Of a DNA stretch of 64,000 bases, positions 61,493-64,000 are shown one piece after another. Source of the stretch: Eledone cirrhosa (lineage: Eukaryota); NCBI GenBank assembly GCA_964016885.1, contig OZ024743.1, positions 36,642,001 to 36,706,000 of the forward strand, given 5' to 3'. The notes under the pieces are model-generated. The model was not told the origin of the DNA. It was given only the letters and a program-made list of their open reading frames with translations, and did no database searches. Positions within the stretch are counted from its first letter, which is position 1. Each line of letters starts with the position of its first letter. A program made the position numbers and the translations under genes.

Positions 61493-61533
<41 letters not shown>

Positions 61534-64000
61534 GAATGCCATGGTTGACGGAGGTTCGGCTCTGTAAGGTATAGTAATTTTTAACCGTTAAAACAATTGT
61601 AAATTGTTTAAAACTTGAACCAAATTGTTGATAAAGACACCCTCCTCCTCGTGAGAGGGGTCTTTCTGTCCGTTATTTGGCCCTTCGGGGTTAAATAACC
61701 AGTTATTGGGGTTTTGTACCCAAAATTTCATTTTAAACAAAAAAACATGGCTACGAAAAAGAAATTTCATACGTCACTCCCACTCATTCCGTCTTCTTCT
61801 TCCTCAATCATCACTACAGCAGAGAGAAGATTGTCTCTCTCCCTCCCTTCTTTAAATGTGTCTCTCTCCCTCCCTTCTCTTTCGCAAGCGACGAAAGAAA
61901 AGAAAAGTCTCGTGCAAAGCGTGCAAGGTTTCTCCACGACCACGACGACAGCGACGAAACAGGTGTGCGGGAAATACGAAAACCCAGTTCATTCGTCTGA
62001 CGTTAGGAATAATAGCAGTAGCAGCCGTAATAACAACAGCAACAGTGACAATGAAAACAACAGTAGCAGCCGCAACAGCATCACCAGCAGCATAAACAAC
62101 AACAGCATTAGCAGCAGCAACACCAACAACAACCACAGCAACAGCGGCGGAGGCAGTAGTCGTAGTACCTGCAGCAACAACAAAAGTACCAGCAGCTCTG
62201 ACGACAACAACAACAGCAGAGAAAAACCAATCTCATTTGCAGGTATTGCGAAAAACTTGGAAACAATCCTCATAACAAATGAGGAATTAGAGGAAGCGAA
62301 GAAGATGGTGACAAAGAACGGACACCGAGCAATCTGTAAGGCAGCGAAAAATTTTTTCGAAACCCAAGAGCACTGTACGGTCACGTACCGTACAGTAAGT
62401 ACAAAATCCCGTAGGGTGGAAAGAGCCACAGAGGCCCAAATACAAAAAGCCTTGGGGTCTGTGTGGCAGCGGAAAACGCACATCACCCGAGGCAAAAAAT
62501 ATGCCACCGTAGACGTACTTTTTGCCACACCCCAGGAGGCAAAGGCCCAATCAGTAGTGACCCTAAGGAGCGAGGAAATGGTGTTGGTGCCCTCCTACTG
62601 TGGGCAAAAAATTGTGAGGGTCAAACTGACCCACGTCCCCCCCGGAATGACCCCTTCTTGGCTGGCCGCGTCTGTCCTCGTCGGAATCGAGGACAAAACA
62701 ACTGTACTGCAAGTACAGAAAAAAGTAAGAGAAGATTGGGTCGGCTCCTCCATTGAGATGCTAATCCAAACCAACCAGGAGTGCATCGAAGCTATCCCGG
62801 ATGTGATAGACTTCGATAACGGCACTCAACTGCCCATAAGTGTTGAGGGCAAACGCCCGAAATGCTTTCGCTGTGGATCGAAGACTCACCTCAGGGCCTT
62901 CTGCAACGAGAAGACCCTGAGAAAGGAGAAAACCCCCCTCCTTCCGAATCCGGCTCCACGGCTACCAGCAACAGGACAAGCGGCAACCAGGAACGATAGG
63001 CCCGTGGCACCCATACCCACTCCACGGAAATCAAAAACAGCAGCAGCAGTGGAAATACTAATAACAACAACAGCAATACCAAATGCAGCTGCAACAGAGA
63101 CTCCAGTGCAAACATCACCAACAACAACAAGTGAAAGAGTGGAGTTGGTACCCCTCCCCGACCTCACAGAATCAGACATGGAGTGTGAGGTGGGAGAGAG
63201 ATGGCAAAAGGTCGTAAGAAGGCACAAACGCAGAAGCAGCGCATCGTCGCCTTTGAAAAGGGAGGAAAGAAATGAGAAAAGGGTAAAGTCTACTGCAAAG
63301 AGACCCACAGCAGCAACAACACCAACACCATCACCACCCACACTAGCGCCACCATCACCACCGGCGACAACCCCACCGCCAACAACACCTTCAACACCAC
63401 CACCACAAGCACCAACATCGCAAACACAACAACAAAACACACACACCCAGCAACAACGACAAGAAAATAGCAGAACCACACCCCACCCCCAGAAAAACAA
63501 ATGCACGGCAATAAATACACACAACAAGAAACTAATGACTTACATAATTGAACACACAGACATTTCACAACAGGACTACATAATACCAGCACCAATCAAA
63601 ACGCCAACTAACATAAGACTGCTAAAAATAGCACAGAAACAATACACAAATATTAAAACGAAATTCCCCAACTCAGTTGGTGATTTCAGGGACCTAGGAG
63701 GAACCATCAATCGAAGAGTATACTCAGACATTCTCTTAGAAGAGCCGACGACCAGCCGAATGGACGATTCAACGGTCCCTTCACCAGACGATCAAGTGAA
63801 AAGGGATGTAAAAACCATCCCTCCTCTACCAAAAGTACGGTAAGTGGTCTTTCCCATCTTTTCCACTCTATTTTAAACATGACCTCACTCAGAATAGGCA
63901 GCATAAATGCGCGTGGCTTGGGGTCGTCATGGAAGCAGGGTCACCTGCTCAACGACCTCAGGTCACTAAACATAGATGTAGTGGCCATCAGCGAGACCAG
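61534..64000 (+). mobile_element. Tx1-like element copy 5 (cut by the window end)
   Basis: Same 5' end after (ATT)13; complete ORF1 and the start of ORF2 at 63879. Confidence 0.92.
61747..63843 (+). CDS. Tx1-like ORF1, copy 5
   Basis: Intact, with five visible private amino acid changes (Y>S, G>E, T>I, A>S, R>M). Confidence 0.88.
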   Translation: MATKKKFHTSLPLIPSSSSSIITTAERRLSLSLPSLNVSLSLPSLSQATKEKKSLVQSVQGFSTTTTTATKQVCGKYENPVHSSDVRNNSSSSRNNNSNSDNENNSSSRNSITSSINNNSISSSNTNNNHSNSGGGSSRSTCSNNKSTSSSDDNNNSREKPISFAGIAKNLETILITNEELEEAKKMVTKNGHRAICKAAKNFFETQEHCTVTYRTVSTKSRRVERATEAQIQKALGSVWQRKTHITRGKKYATVDVLFATPQEAKAQSVVTLRSEEMVLVPSYCGQKIVRVKLTHVPPGMTPSWLAASVLVGIEDKTTVLQVQKKVREDWVGSSIEMLIQTNQECIEAIPDVIDFDNGTQLPISVEGKRPKCFRCGSKTHLRAFCNEKTLRKEKTPLLPNPAPRLPATGQAATRNDRPVAPIPTPRKSKTAAAVEILITTTAIPNAAATETPVQTSPTTTSERVELVPLPDLTESDMECEVGERWQKVVRRHKRRSSASSPLKREERNEKRVKSTAKRPTAATTPTPSPPTLAPPSPPATTPPPTTPSTPPPQAPTSQTQQQNTHTQQQRQENSRTTPHPQKNKCTAINTHNKKLMTYIIEHTDISQQDYIIPAPIKTPTNIRLLKIAQKQYTNIKTKFPNSVGDFRDLGGTINRRVYSDILLEEPTTSRMDDSTVPSPDDQVKRDVKTIPPLPKVR

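Larger units (their letters stand above)
55468..61494 (+). mobile_element. Tx1-like element copy 4 (ORF2 nonsense allele)
   Basis: Shares the stop and linked SNPs with copy 2; followed by (ATT)13. Confidence 0.93.

Noticed and set aside
37198-63904. Short antisense and alternate-frame ORFs repeated in every Tx1-like copy, and those opposite the R4-like ORFs
   Set aside because: Shadow ORFs of long coding regions; recurrence only reflects unit duplication, and no motifs were recognised.
37096-64000. Array read as LTR retrotransposons, a telomeric retrotransposon array or CRISPR-like repeats
   Set aside because: No LTRs, integrase or protease; the spacers are (ATT)n, not TTAGGG; there is no repeat/unique-spacer structure.

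Overview
AT-rich eukaryotic animal DNA with no recognisable host protein-coding gene. The SINE repertoire and microsatellite load suggest a cephalopod (octopus-like) genome, which is an inference. The first 27 kb is a mosaic of (TA)n, (GA)n, (GT)n and (GATA)n microsatellites, tRNA-derived SINEs and decayed LINE fragments (CR1/L2-like, CRE-like, RTE-like). It also holds a Penelope-like element bounded by inverted, hammerhead-bearing terminal repeats and several fold-back palindromes next to (TA)n tracts that carry type I hammerhead ribozyme motifs. From 27.6 kb to the window end, (ATT)n tracts host stacked retrotransposons of two clades. On the minus strand are R4/Dong-like RLE elements (one 3' fragment and two divergent intact copies). 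On the plus strand is a Tx1-like (L1 clade) element, present as two old 3' stubs and a head-to-tail array of at least five near-identical ~6.03 kb copies separated only by (ATT)11-15, with intact and nonsense-mutated ORF2 copies alternating. A sister Tx1-like family sits in (GATA)n at 16.1-17.0 kb. The overall pattern is that different microsatellite motifs each host their own retroelement families. Most short ORFs in the track are microsatellite or antisense artefacts.
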